Source of the DNA: Pedosphaera sp.
GTDB lineage: Bacteria > Verrucomicrobiota > Verrucomicrobiia > Limisphaerales > UBA9464
NCBI GenBank assembly: GCA_009695205.1
Contig: SIBK01000002.1
Coordinates: 6,153 to 70,152, forward strand
Direction: 5' to 3'
Length of the DNA: 64,000 bases
Position numbers and translations under genes: made by a program. This document shows, in pieces, positions 8,944-17,822 of the stretch. The first letter of the stretch is position 1. Each line of letters opens with the position of its first letter. The notes under the pieces were generated by a model. The model had not been told where the DNA came from and made no database searches. It saw only the letters and a list, made by a program, of their open reading frames with translations.

Positions 8944-9570
8944 ATGGAAGCACTCGAAGCTCAGGGGCACTTGCAGGTGATCCGTACGCTGATGGAGCGT
9001 GCCGTGTTATATCGGCGAGCCCTTGCCCCCACCGCTCTGGCCGCTGGGATTATCGGGACATTGGCGGCGCTGATCGGCGTCGGCTGCATTCAGGGATCAC
9101 CCGGTCAATTCATCGTTTTCTGGCTGGGAGCCGCGGGGGTCGCTCTTGCTTTGGCTGCAGTGATCATCCGACGTCAGGCCTTGCGAGAGGCGGAGTCCTT
9201 TTGGTCCCTTCCAACCCGGCGGGTGGTATCCGCGTTGTGGCCACCCCTGGCTGGCGGGGTTTTGAGCGCCGGCGCGCTCTACGCACTTCCGACGGCGGGG
9301 GCGATGCTTCCGCTAATCCTTCCTCCGGTCTGGATGGTGTTCTATGGCTGCGCGATGCAGGCCGCGGGGTTCTTCATGCAGCGGGGAATCCGCCTGCTCG
9401 GGTTGGCCTTCATTCTGATCGGCGCGGTCTGGCCGTTCGTGGAATCAGCAATGCAGGAGTGGATGCCGCCGTACACGATTGGCCATTCATCGATGGGATT
9501 GATGTTCGGTGTGGGCCATCTTGCCTACGGTGCCTACTTGCGGCTGACTGAACCGAAGGCGGACGCGTGA
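8944..9570 (+). CDS. Integral membrane protein (about 4-5 TM), unknown function; first gene of a pair with a wHTH regulator
   Basis: Hydrophobic segments LAPTALAAGIIGTLAALIGV, FIVFWLGAAGVALALAAVII, VVSALWPPLAGGVLSAGALYAL, LPLILPPVWMVFYGCAM, LLGLAFILIGAVW. I chose the ATG at 8944 rather than the TTG at 8929. Confidence 0.6.
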   Translation: MEALEAQGHLQVIRTLMERAVLYRRALAPTALAAGIIGTLAALIGVGCIQGSPGQFIVFWLGAAGVALALAAVIIRRQALREAESFWSLPTRRVVSALWPPLAGGVLSAGALYALPTAGAMLPLILPPVWMVFYGCAMQAAGFFMQRGIRLLGLAFILIGAVWPFVESAMQEWMPPYTIGHSSMGLMFGVGHLAYGAYLRLTEPKADA

Positions 9571-9926
9571 ATGCCGCCTCATTCCTCCAACTGGACCGGG
9601 TGATCCATGAACGGGGCCGTCTGGCTATCATGTCCCTGCTGGCGGCGACGGAGGAATTGCCATTTATCGAGATCCGCGATGCGTTGGAAATGACGGACGG
9701 GAATGTGACCACGCATCTCCGCACCTTGCAGGAGGCGGGGTACATCGCGGTGACGAAATCGTTCCAAAAGGGACGTCCACACACAACGGCCGCCCTGACC
9801 GGACCGGGACGAAGGGCATTTCGGCAACACGTGGATTTGCTGGCGCGAATTGTGGAACAGGCGCGGAGCAGGCCCGCCAAAAGGCAGAATGCCGCTTCCG
9901 GCGGCCGTCTGCACCCGCAGTCCTAA
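9567..9926 (+). CDS. Winged-helix (ArsR/MarR-like) transcriptional regulator
   Basis: LDRVIHERGRLAIMSLLAATEELPFIEIRDALEMTDGNVTTHLRTLQEAGYIAVTKSF.KGRPHT...LTGPGRRAF is a typical wHTH layout. The GTG start overlaps the upstream stop (GTGA). Confidence 0.75.
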   Translation: MNAASFLQLDRVIHERGRLAIMSLLAATEELPFIEIRDALEMTDGNVTTHLRTLQEAGYIAVTKSFQKGRPHTTAALTGPGRRAFRQHVDLLARIVEQARSRPAKRQNAASGGRLHPQS

Positions 9927-9964
9927 CGGCAGTTTGAACATTTTGAAATACTCACTGCTCTGAC

Positions 9965-9981
9965 ACTTTGCATTACAAAGT
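9965..9981. promoter_or_regulatory. Palindromic candidate operator ACTTTGcATTaCAAAGT, copy 2
   Basis: Same half-sites and the same central ATT as copy 1 (15 of 17 nt identical). It is preceded by cTGACA (9960-9965) and lies 21 nt upstream of the ispH ATG. Confidence 0.55.
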
Positions 9982-10002
9982 AGATCTATCAAAAAAACTC
10001 CC

Positions 10003-10905
10003 ATGACGATTCATAGAGCTCAACATTGGGGGATGTGTTTTGGAGTACGCGATGCCGTCGCGCTTGCGCGCGCCGAGGCCGGTCGAGGGCCCCTCACGGT
10101 CCTCGGGGACCTGGTGCATAACCCGGCGGTGATCGAGGATCTGCAGCGCCGCGGAGTGATCACGGAACGTCGACTCGATGCGGTTGCCACCGAGCGGGTG
10201 ATGGTCACGGCTCACGGGACATCCGACCGTACCCTCGGAGCGTTACGGGCGCGGGGGCATCAGGTCCTCGAAGCCACCTGTCCTCTCGTTCACCATGCCC
10301 ATAAAGCCCTGGCGGATTTGGTGCACGATGGATGTCATCCGGTGGTAATCGGGCAACGGAATCACGTCGAAGTGCTCGGTATGACAGGGGACTACGACAC
10401 GTTCGACGTGGTGTTGACCGGAGAGGATGTGGAGCAGTTGATGGCGCGGCCGCGATTCGGAGTCGTGTCCCAGACCACGCAACCACTGGACCGGGTGCGA
10501 TACCTGGTGGCGCTAATCAAGAAGCGGTTTCCGGAATCGGAGGTGATCACTCGTGACACGGTGTGCCGTCCGACGCGCGAGCGCCAGTCGGCTGCGGGAG
10601 AATTGGCTCGAAATTCCGACGTGGTTGTGGTTGTGGGTGGGACGCACAGCAACAACACTCGCGAATTGGCGGCGACCTGTTCACGGTGGTGCGCGCGGGT
10701 TCATTGTGTGCAAAATGCTGATGGCATTGAGCCGGGGTGGTTTCGCGAGGAGGATCGGGTTGGGTTGACTGCGGGAACGTCGACTCCGGATGAAGTTTTT
10801 CAGGCGGTCGATGCTCGATTGGAAGGCATTGCGTCAACGTTGCGGACTGAAAATTTAAAGGAATACGGCACTCCTACGGAGTTCCTCGGTGTCCTCACAC
10901 GATGA
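10003..10905 (+). CDS. ispH: 4-hydroxy-3-methylbut-2-enyl diphosphate reductase
   Basis: WGMCFGVRDAV, TCPLVHHAH, DTVCRPTRERQ and VVVGGTHSNNTREL show the three conserved Cys regions of IspH/LytB. Confidence 0.9.
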   Translation: MTIHRAQHWGMCFGVRDAVALARAEAGRGPLTVLGDLVHNPAVIEDLQRRGVITERRLDAVATERVMVTAHGTSDRTLGALRARGHQVLEATCPLVHHAHKALADLVHDGCHPVVIGQRNHVEVLGMTGDYDTFDVVLTGEDVEQLMARPRFGVVSQTTQPLDRVRYLVALIKKRFPESEVITRDTVCRPTRERQSAAGELARNSDVVVVVGGTHSNNTRELAATCSRWCARVHCVQNADGIEPGWFREEDRVGLTAGTSTPDEVFQAVDARLEGIASTLRTENLKEYGTPTEFLGVLTR

Positions 10906-10965
10906 TCGCGGAGCAAGACCGGGAAAGCATTGAGGGGCGGTGGTCCGCACGGTACGCTCGACGTC

Positions 10966-11700
10966 GTGTCCGATTCGTTAGTAGTCAATGAGATCTACCT
11001 GAGCCTGCAAGGCGAGAGTACGTTTGCGGGGCTTCCGTGCGTCTTTGTCCGACTCACGGGGTGCAATTTGCGCTGTTCCTACTGCGACACCGCCTATGCG
11101 TTCACCGAGGGCCGGCGGCGGCCGATCGATGAGATTGTTGCCGAGGTGAAGCGATTCGCTCAGCCGTATGATGGGCGCGAAAGCGCGGAGCGTCTTCCAG
11201 TGGTCGAACTAACGGGTGGGGAGCCGTTGCTGCAGCCGGCTGCCGCAGGGCTGATGCGCCGATTATGTGACGACGGCTTCACCGTGTTGGTCGAAACGAG
11301 TGGCGCCCATGATATTTCGAAACTCGATCCGCGCATTCGCCGGATCATGGATCTCAAGGCTCCCAGCAGTGGGGAGTCCGCCCGCAACCGGCTCGAAAAC
11401 ATTTCCGATCTGCGCCCGACTGATGAGGTTAAATTTGTGCTCGGCACCCGGGAGGATTACGCGTGGGCGAAAGAAATGATGGCGGACTACGGACTGGAGC
11501 GACGGTGCCCGTTGCTGTTTTCCTGGGTTTCGCCGCTCACGACTCATCAGCGCGACAATTCATTGAAAGCCGTACCGAATGGGCAGACGCCCATGAATCG
11601 CAAAGAACTGGTGGAGGCGGTCATCGCGGACCGATTGCCGGTACGGTTTCAGCTGCAGATGCACAAGTTCATCTGGCCGCCGGACGAGCGGGGTGTTTGA
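10966..11700 (+). CDS. queE: 7-carboxy-7-deazaguanine synthase (radical SAM)
   Basis: VNEIYLSLQGESTFAGLPCVFVRLTGCNLRCSYCDTAYAF. I placed the start at GTG 10966, which gives a canonical N-terminus; the track's TTG at 10930 is an alternative. Confidence 0.85.
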   Translation: MSDSLVVNEIYLSLQGESTFAGLPCVFVRLTGCNLRCSYCDTAYAFTEGRRRPIDEIVAEVKRFAQPYDGRESAERLPVVELTGGEPLLQPAAAGLMRRLCDDGFTVLVETSGAHDISKLDPRIRRIMDLKAPSSGESARNRLENISDLRPTDEVKFVLGTREDYAWAKEMMADYGLERRCPLLFSWVSPLTTHQRDNSLKAVPNGQTPMNRKELVEAVIADRLPVRFQLQMHKFIWPPDERGV

Positions 11701-11702
11701 CA

Positions 11703-13025
11703 ATGACTGGCCATTCGAAACGGACACTGGAGACATTGCGGAATTTTGAATCCCGCAACGTGACTTTCATAGATCCCGACGGCTCGTGGCCGATCGTCTG
11801 GGAGCGAGCTCAGGGAACATACGTATGGGACGCGGACGGCCGCCGGTATTTGGATCTCACGGCAGCCTTTGGTGTGGCGGCGGCCGGACACGCGAATCGG
11901 AGAGTGGTGCGCGCGGGGCAGCGGCAGATGCCGATCTTGTTGCATGCAATGGGGGATGTTCACCCGCACCCGTTGAAGGGGGAGTTGGCGAAGAGGCTTT
12001 CGGAGCTGACGTTTGGCCGTTGGACCGCCGGTTCGAGGCGGCCGACCCACGGAAAAGTCATCCTGGGCAATTCGGGATTTGAAGCGGTGGAAGCGGCTTT
12101 GAAGACCGCACGTCTCGCCACAGGCCGCCCGGGGGTGATTGCTTTCGAGGGTGGGTATCACGGGCTTGGCTATGGGGCGTTGAACACCACGCATCGGGGA
12201 CACTTTCGTGATCCGTTCCGTGATCAACTGCGCGAGTTTGGATTCTTCGTTCCTTTTCCGACAAACTCACCCCTACTCAAAGCCATGGACAAAAAGATCC
12301 GTCACTTGGCGATCAAGGGCCGGGTGGGGGCAATCCTGGTGGAACCAATCCAGGCGCGGGGTGGAATTCGGGTTCCCGTCCCGGGTTTCCTGAAACGTAT
12401 TCGGCAGCTGGCCGACGACCTCGGTTGTCTATTGATCCTCGACGAAATCTATACTGGGTTTGGACGAACGGGAAGCTGGTTCGCGACGGAGCATTCCGGG
12501 ATTGTTCCAGATCTCATCTGCCTGGGGAAGGGGTTAACCGGAGGATTCCCACTATCGGCGTGCGTTGGGCGTGCGGACCTCATGGATGAGGCCTGGCCGG
12601 AATCGACGGGTGAGGCCATCCATACGAGCACATTTCTTGGGCACCCCGTCGGCTGTGCGATGGCACTTGCTCAAATTGCGGAGATTCAGCGGAGAAATTT
12701 GGTCGGGCGCGCGCAGCATATCGGCGATTTTTTCCGGAGAGAACTTGTAGAAAAACTGGCCGGTGACTACGCGTGGGGCACTGCGCGAATCCCGGGGGTG
12801 GGACTTATGTTAGGTGTGGAACTGGTTGATCGACGAGACCGGCCCGCGACGGAGTTAGCCCTTCGATCGATGAAATCCATGTTGCAACGGGGATTCATAC
12901 TGCTGCCCGAAGGTGAACACGGGAACGTATTGGCATTGACCCCTCCGTTGACGATTTCACGGGTCGAGGTGAAATCCGCCATCAAGGCATTGTCCACGGT
13001 GCTGCGTGAATTGGAGGCGTCATGA
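11703..13025 (+). CDS. Class-III (PLP-dependent) aminotransferase, acetylornithine/GABA aminotransferase family
   Basis: WDADGRRYLDLTAAFGVAAAGH, LILDEIYTGFGRTGSWFA, and LGKGLTGGFP with the PLP lysine. The ATG at 11703 lies 2 nt after the queE stop; the longer 520-aa ORF start overlaps queE and is unlikely. Confidence 0.85.
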   Translation: MTGHSKRTLETLRNFESRNVTFIDPDGSWPIVWERAQGTYVWDADGRRYLDLTAAFGVAAAGHANRRVVRAGQRQMPILLHAMGDVHPHPLKGELAKRLSELTFGRWTAGSRRPTHGKVILGNSGFEAVEAALKTARLATGRPGVIAFEGGYHGLGYGALNTTHRGHFRDPFRDQLREFGFFVPFPTNSPLLKAMDKKIRHLAIKGRVGAILVEPIQARGGIRVPVPGFLKRIRQLADDLGCLLILDEIYTGFGRTGSWFATEHSGIVPDLICLGKGLTGGFPLSACVGRADLMDEAWPESTGEAIHTSTFLGHPVGCAMALAQIAEIQRRNLVGRAQHIGDFFRRELVEKLAGDYAWGTARIPGVGLMLGVELVDRRDRPATELALRSMKSMLQRGFILLPEGEHGNVLALTPPLTISRVEVKSAIKALSTVLRELEAS

Positions 13026-13846
13026 CCCTGACTGAAATGAAGCAGGTACTGCGGCAGCATGATCTCCGGCTAACGAAATCACTGGGTCAGAATTTTCTAC
13101 ATGATGGAAATCAGTTGCGGAAGATCGTGGCCGCAGCGGAGCTAAGGGCGGATGACACTGTGTTGGAGATCGGGCCTGGACTTGGGCCCTTGACGGAGTT
13201 GTTGTTGAAAGGTGCGGCGAAGGTGCTGGCAATCGAGAAGGATGCCCGGTTGGTTCCGCTCCTGCGCGAGCGCCTTTCGGCGGCGACTTCGCTGGAGTTG
13301 GTTGAGGCCGATGCTCTCGAGTGGCTGCGATCAGAACCTCGGAGTTGGGCCGGATGGAAGCTTGTGGCCAACCTCCCGTACTCTGTGGGATCCCCGATCC
13401 TAGTGGAACTTGCCCAGGCAAAGCAGCCACCGGACAGGCTTGTTGTGACCTTGCAATGGGAGGTGGTGCGTCGCATCAAGGCGGCTCCGGCAACCGATGA
13501 TTACGGACTCCTCACGCTGCTGCTCCAGCTTCGATACGAACCAACCGACTGGTTTCGGATCCCGGCCTCCTGCTTTTTTCCACCGCCCGACATCGATTCG
13601 GCCTGCGTGACGCTTGTACGACGGACTCGACCGTTCTTGGAGGCATCGCTGGAGAGCCGTTTTGAAAAGATAGTCCGAAGAGCCATCTCTCAGCGACGGA
13701 AGCAGATGTTCAAGCTCTTGCGAGAGGATTGGCCGGTTGAATTGCTCACGGACGGATTTCGGGCGGCGGCCATTCCACCGAACGTCCGTGCGGAATCGGT
13801 GTCGGTGGAGCAGTTCGCCCTTTTAACGAAATTCCTTGCGCGATGA
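13022..13846 (+). CDS. rsmA: 16S rRNA (adenine1518/1519-N6)-dimethyltransferase
   Basis: LTKSLGQNFLHD, VLEIGPGLGPLT, ANLPY. ATGA overlap with the upstream gene. Confidence 0.9.
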   Translation: MTLTEMKQVLRQHDLRLTKSLGQNFLHDGNQLRKIVAAAELRADDTVLEIGPGLGPLTELLLKGAAKVLAIEKDARLVPLLRERLSAATSLELVEADALEWLRSEPRSWAGWKLVANLPYSVGSPILVELAQAKQPPDRLVVTLQWEVVRRIKAAPATDDYGLLTLLLQLRYEPTDWFRIPASCFFPPPDIDSACVTLVRRTRPFLEASLESRFEKIVRRAISQRRKQMFKLLREDWPVELLTDGFRAAAIPPNVRAESVSVEQFALLTKFLAR

Positions 13847-13918
13847 TATTTCTCGACCCGCGGCTAGTGCAAAGATTGCTTTGACTGATTGCCGTCGGTG
13901 CGCTGGCATGTCCGCACC

Positions 13919-14797
13919 ATGAATTCTCATCTCCCCTTCGCGTTACTCTTGACCGCCGTCTTTGGGATCGGTGCGTCCGCGGCGCCAATTCCGGCTGACG
14001 CCCGTGTGGGTGGCTTTGCGATCGGCTGCCAGGCCTACAGTTTCAATCGATTTTCGGTGTTCGAAGCGATTGAGAAGACGGAATTGACGGGCTCCAAGGT
14101 CATTGAGTTTTACCCTGGGCAAAAGCTTTCACGGGAGGAACCTGGCGTAAAGTGGGACCACAACGCCAGCGATGAAGTGATCGCCCGGGTTAAAGAGAAG
14201 TTGGCGAAACATGGGGTTCGGGCCGTGAATTACGGAGTCGTCGAAATTCCCGCCGATGAGACGAAGGCGAGGGTGATCTTCGATTTTGCCCGGAAGATGG
14301 GGTTCTATGCCGTGACGACGGAGTCGACGGGTTCGCTCGATACGATTGAAAAAATGGTCCGAGAATTCGACATCCGCTGCGGATTTCATGAACACGCGCG
14401 TCAACCAAACAACCCTTCCTACCGTGTGTGGGACCCAAACTATGTGCGCGATCTTGTGAAGGATCGTGACGCAAGAATCGGAGCATGCGCCGATATAGGC
14501 CATTGGCAGACCTCGGGCATCAAGGCGATTGACGGATTGCGAATCTTGTCCGGACGTTTGATCAGTCTCCATGTAAAGGACCGGCTAGCCATCGGGCCCG
14601 GTCAGCACGATTGTATCTTTGGAACAGGCATCTCGGACATTGGTGGCGTTCTCTCGGAGCTCAAGCGCCAACGGTTCGAGGGAAACCTGTCAATCGAATA
14701 CGAATTCAACTGGGACAATTCAGTGGCGGACATAGCCCAGTGCGTGGGCTTCGTGCGTGGGTGGTCCGCCGGGCGTGAGTCGGGTGCACCGCAATGA
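13919..14797 (+). CDS. Sugar phosphate isomerase/epimerase (xylose isomerase-like TIM barrel) with signal peptide
   Basis: Signal-like N-terminus MNSHLPFALLLTAVFGIGASAAP; ...GFHEH..., ...DIGHW... and ...LHVKD... are metal-ligand strings typical of the family. Confidence 0.7.
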   Translation: MNSHLPFALLLTAVFGIGASAAPIPADARVGGFAIGCQAYSFNRFSVFEAIEKTELTGSKVIEFYPGQKLSREEPGVKWDHNASDEVIARVKEKLAKHGVRAVNYGVVEIPADETKARVIFDFARKMGFYAVTTESTGSLDTIEKMVREFDIRCGFHEHARQPNNPSYRVWDPNYVRDLVKDRDARIGACADIGHWQTSGIKAIDGLRILSGRLISLHVKDRLAIGPGQHDCIFGTGISDIGGVLSELKRQRFEGNLSIEYEFNWDNSVADIAQCVGFVRGWSAGRESGAPQ

Positions 14798-14931
14798 TTC
14801 GCAGAGCTTCGTAACCGGATTGGGACGATGAACTGCGAAGCGAGCGCCGAACGACGCCCGGCATTGACATCCGAATCCACATCCTGCCGGGCGCTTCCCA
14901 GTGTCCCGTTCGTGGACGATATTCACGCCGA

Positions 14932-15564
14932 ATGAACGCCAGGTTCGCGAGTGCGGCCGCGGTCTTCCTCGATCGCGATGGGACGCTCATTGTCGACAAG
15001 AGTTACCTCAGCAAACCTGAGGAAGTGGAGTTCATTCCAGGGACGATGGAAGGTCTCAAGAAACTCGTGTCGGCTGGATTTCGACTCGTGATGGTAACGA
15101 ATCAGTCCGGAGTTGGGCGCGGGTATTTTACCTTGGCGGATGTCGAGAAGGTGCATGCGCGCATGGCCGTGGAATTGAAGTCGATGGGTGTGCTGCTTGA
15201 GGCGGTATACGTGGCGCCGGAAGCCCCGGATCAGCCGAGCTGCGGGCGTAAACCATCGCCGCAGTTCTTGTTCGATGCCCGCGATGGGCTGGGACTCGAC
15301 CTCGATCGCTGTTACGTGGTGGGCGACAAGTGGCTGGATCTGGAGACGGGCTGGAATGCCGGCACTCGACGCAGTCTGCTGGTTAGGACGGGCCATGGGC
15401 GGCAGGTAGAGGCAGAAAATCGAGGCAATATGCGGGGTGCCGTGGTCGTGGACGATATGGGGGCGGCTGCGGAATGGATCCTTAGGGACGCCAAAAATGG
15501 GGTCAAAAATGAGGTTAAAACAGGGTCATCCGAAACAATTGGCAGTTGTGCTCCGAAAGCCTGA
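14932..15564 (+). CDS. gmhB: D-glycero-beta-D-manno-heptose-1,7-bisphosphate 7-phosphatase (HAD-IIIA)
   Basis: VFLDRDGTLIVD (DxDGT), VTNQSGVGRGYF, CGRKPSP, VVGDKWLDLETG. Confidence 0.8.
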   Translation: MNARFASAAAVFLDRDGTLIVDKSYLSKPEEVEFIPGTMEGLKKLVSAGFRLVMVTNQSGVGRGYFTLADVEKVHARMAVELKSMGVLLEAVYVAPEAPDQPSCGRKPSPQFLFDARDGLGLDLDRCYVVGDKWLDLETGWNAGTRRSLLVRTGHGRQVEAENRGNMRGAVVVDDMGAAAEWILRDAKNGVKNEVKTGSSETIGSCAPKA

Positions 15565-15839
15565 GCAGTAGAGATTACTCGTTCGTGTTTCGTTGGCAGG
15601 TGGACGTAGCAGCTGATCTGCGCATCCGCCCTGCCTTCGTGCCATCTTTCAATGTCAATCGAGAATCCGGAGAAATCCGATCTCCTCCGTGCCCGCATGG
15701 GTGGCTAGACGGAGTTCTTCGTCGCGCTGTTCTCCGCGCATCAGGCACACCATCAGCGCCGTCCCATCGACACTCCGGAACTCACTGCGGAAGCAGCCGC
15801 CCCAGCCGTTCCCGCAAAACCAAGGACAGAGAAATTATA

Positions 15840-17151
15840 AGCCAGCCGTCAGCCCTCGCTTACCTTGTAGAGTCGATTCCAAAGGGGCTCGAGGATCTTC
15901 GCGGTACGCCGAACGTTCAATATACTGAGAACGTTTTGGCACGCCTCACCCGCGCCGCCTGCCAAACCATCGACCTGACAGCGATGTACTGAAGTCTGCT
16001 GCCGGACTCGTCATCCCCGGATGAGAAGGGCTTCACCGCCGAACAATTCGCCGCCATGGGAGCGGGAACCGGAAGCGAACCTAATGGATGCGTTGCAGGA
16101 CGCGGCCAAGCGCGGCGTCCGGATTCGGATTCTTCAAAGTCCTGGATTCGGGGGCGCCAGGCAGGAGTCGGACGACCTTCATGCAAAGTTCCCGGAGACC
16201 GTATCTCTCCATCCCATTCAAATGGGGGACTGGTATGGCGGCAGCGGCATCATGCACCAGAAGATTTGGGTGTTCGATGGGCAGCACGTTTATCTCGGCT
16301 CCGCCAACATGGATTGGAAGTCCATCATGCAGGTCAAGGAGATGGGGGTTGCAGCGGAGAATTGCCCGGAGCTGGCCGCCGCCGTCACCCGCTACTTCAA
16401 AGGCTGGGTGGTCTTCAGATCACAAACGCCGGAAAGTGTTCCCGTCTTTGATGAAGAGGTGCGCATTTTCCGGGGGTCCCGCGTTGGTCGCCGTTGGTTC
16501 CTGCTGCCGCTCGGGCTCCATCGCCGCTAGCTGACAGCAGGTTTAGCACGCCATACAATCACGAGACCCCGTTGCAAACGGAGCTGAACGGAAAATCCGC
16601 CGGCATGTACCTTACCGGTTGTCCCATCGAAATTCTCGGAGGTGGACGTACCTACGACGGCGCCGGGCTCGTCGATACCCTCAATGATGCCCGGAAGTCG
16701 ATCTCCATTAGCGTCATGGACTTCGGCCCCATCAGCCTGTATTCCCGTTCCAACGTCGGAATTCCGGAACCGCTCACCGAGTTCTCCCCTGCAGATTCGC
16801 CCGTCTGGTGGCCTGCCATTTTCAGCGCGCTTGTCTCCGCGGCGCTTACCCGGCAAGTCTACGTGCGCTTGCTCGTAAGCAAGTGGGCCCACACCTCCGG
16901 CCTCATCGAGCCATTTCTTCGTGCTCTCCTAATGGCCGCGGATGCCGGCAGGGCGGGTCGGATTATGACCGCCGGCCAGCTCGAAATCAAAGAGTTCATT
17001 ATTCCCGGCTGGAACGATACAGCCGGTTCATTCCGTAAGTATCCCGGACACAGCCGTGTCAATCACACCAAGTATATCGTTACGGACCGGCGCATCAATA
17101 TCGGCACGTCCAACATGACTTGGGACTACTTCTCGTCCGCCGCGGCAGCAG
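15840..17151 (+). pseudogene. PLD3/PLD4/poxvirus-K4-type two-HKD phospholipase-D-superfamily gene, decayed
   Basis: Across three frames the pieces are collinear with the PLD3 layout: LVESIPKGL...IDLTAMY[TGA where W is expected, 15990-15992], DAAKRGVRIRILQS, HQKIWVFDGQHVYLGSANMDWKS (HKD1, from 16255), YNHETPLQTELNGKSAGMYLTGCP...GRTYD...ARKSISISVMDF, and RVNHTKYIVTDRRINIGTSNMTWDYF (HKD2, from 17064). At least two frameshifts (about 16000-16080 and about 16490-16530), and the 3' end is cut by the IS relic at 17152. The N-terminus is not resolvable. Confidence 0.8.
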
Positions 17152-17821
17152 TGCGGAGGCCGGGACCTAAACCGTGCAAAACGACCGGTCTGAAAACCGT
17201 ACAGTTTTCTTCATGGATTTTCTTCAAACACTTCAACAGATCTCTTCTTCCTTCTTCCTGGATCTTCTTTGCCTGACCCGGCGGCTTTGAGCGCTAACCC
17301 GCTCTGGGCCATGCCGCCGTGATGGCCGGACACACCGTACGATTTGCCGGTGCGGTCGATATTGTGAACACCCTCACCACGGCTCAACTGGAACATCAGC
17401 TCAAAGCCGAGATGAAGAAGTACTTACAGCCCTCAATATTGGTGGTCAATGAGCTGGGATATCTGCCGATCGACAAGAACGGCGCAGACCTTTTGTTCCA
17501 AGTGATTAGTCACCGTTACGAACAAGGTTCGCTGATCCTGACTACCAATCAGCCGTATAAATCTTGGGCTAAAGTGTTCAACAACGATGCCACGCTGGCA
17601 TCGGCGGTGCTCGATCGGCTATTGCATCACGCTGAGAACGTGATCATCGAAGGCAAGAGCTACCGGATGAAGGACCAGATCGAGAATCCCGAATAAAGAA
17701 GATCACACCTCGGCGGGGGCGGCGAACCTAGCGTCGCCCTCGCCCATCTCAGAAATACCCCTCAATCACTGTGCGGTTTTCAAATCGGCACTTTCACACG
17801 GTTTTCAGACCGTCCTCCGCA
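17152..17821 (+). mobile_element. Internally deleted IS21-family element (ends plus the 3' half of istB only)
   Basis: Termini are 5'-TGCGGAGG...CCTCCGCA-3'. About 53-nt imperfect inverted repeats (17152-17204 vs 17769-17821) match at 38 of the 54 positions I aligned by hand. GAAAACCG-type sub-repeats sit at both ends (17167-17174 degenerate, 17192-17199; reverse complement at 17774-17781 and 17799-17806). A perfect 15-mer, CGGTCTGAAAACCGT (17186-17200), recurs as its reverse complement at 17798-17812. No istA and no obvious target-site duplication. Confidence 0.75.
17319..17696 (+). pseudogene. istB: istB (IS21 helper ATPase) C-terminal fragment
   Basis: LVVNELGYLPIDKNGADLLFQVISHRYEQGSLILTTNQPYKSWAKVFNNDATLASAVLDRLLHHAENVIIEGKSYRMKD is the conserved IstB C-terminal half. 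The Walker A region is missing and stops lie immediately upstream. Confidence 0.85.
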
Positions 17822-17822
17822 T

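Noticed and set aside
15990-15992. TGA read as Trp (alternative genetic code) to explain TGA at a conserved W position (also 42770-42772)
   Set aside because: TGA clearly terminates conserved genes at their expected C-termini in this window, for example moaA ending ...CIGG at 2108-2110 and the aminotransferase/rsmA junction. The in-frame TGAs are therefore better explained as TGG-to-TGA nonsense mutations in decaying genes.
16021-17276. Treating the 169-aa and 260-aa ORFs as two separate single-HKD PLD genes
   Set aside because: The two ORFs overlap out of frame, and together with the upstream fragment they are collinear with one two-HKD protein. Neither has a plausible N-terminus of its own.
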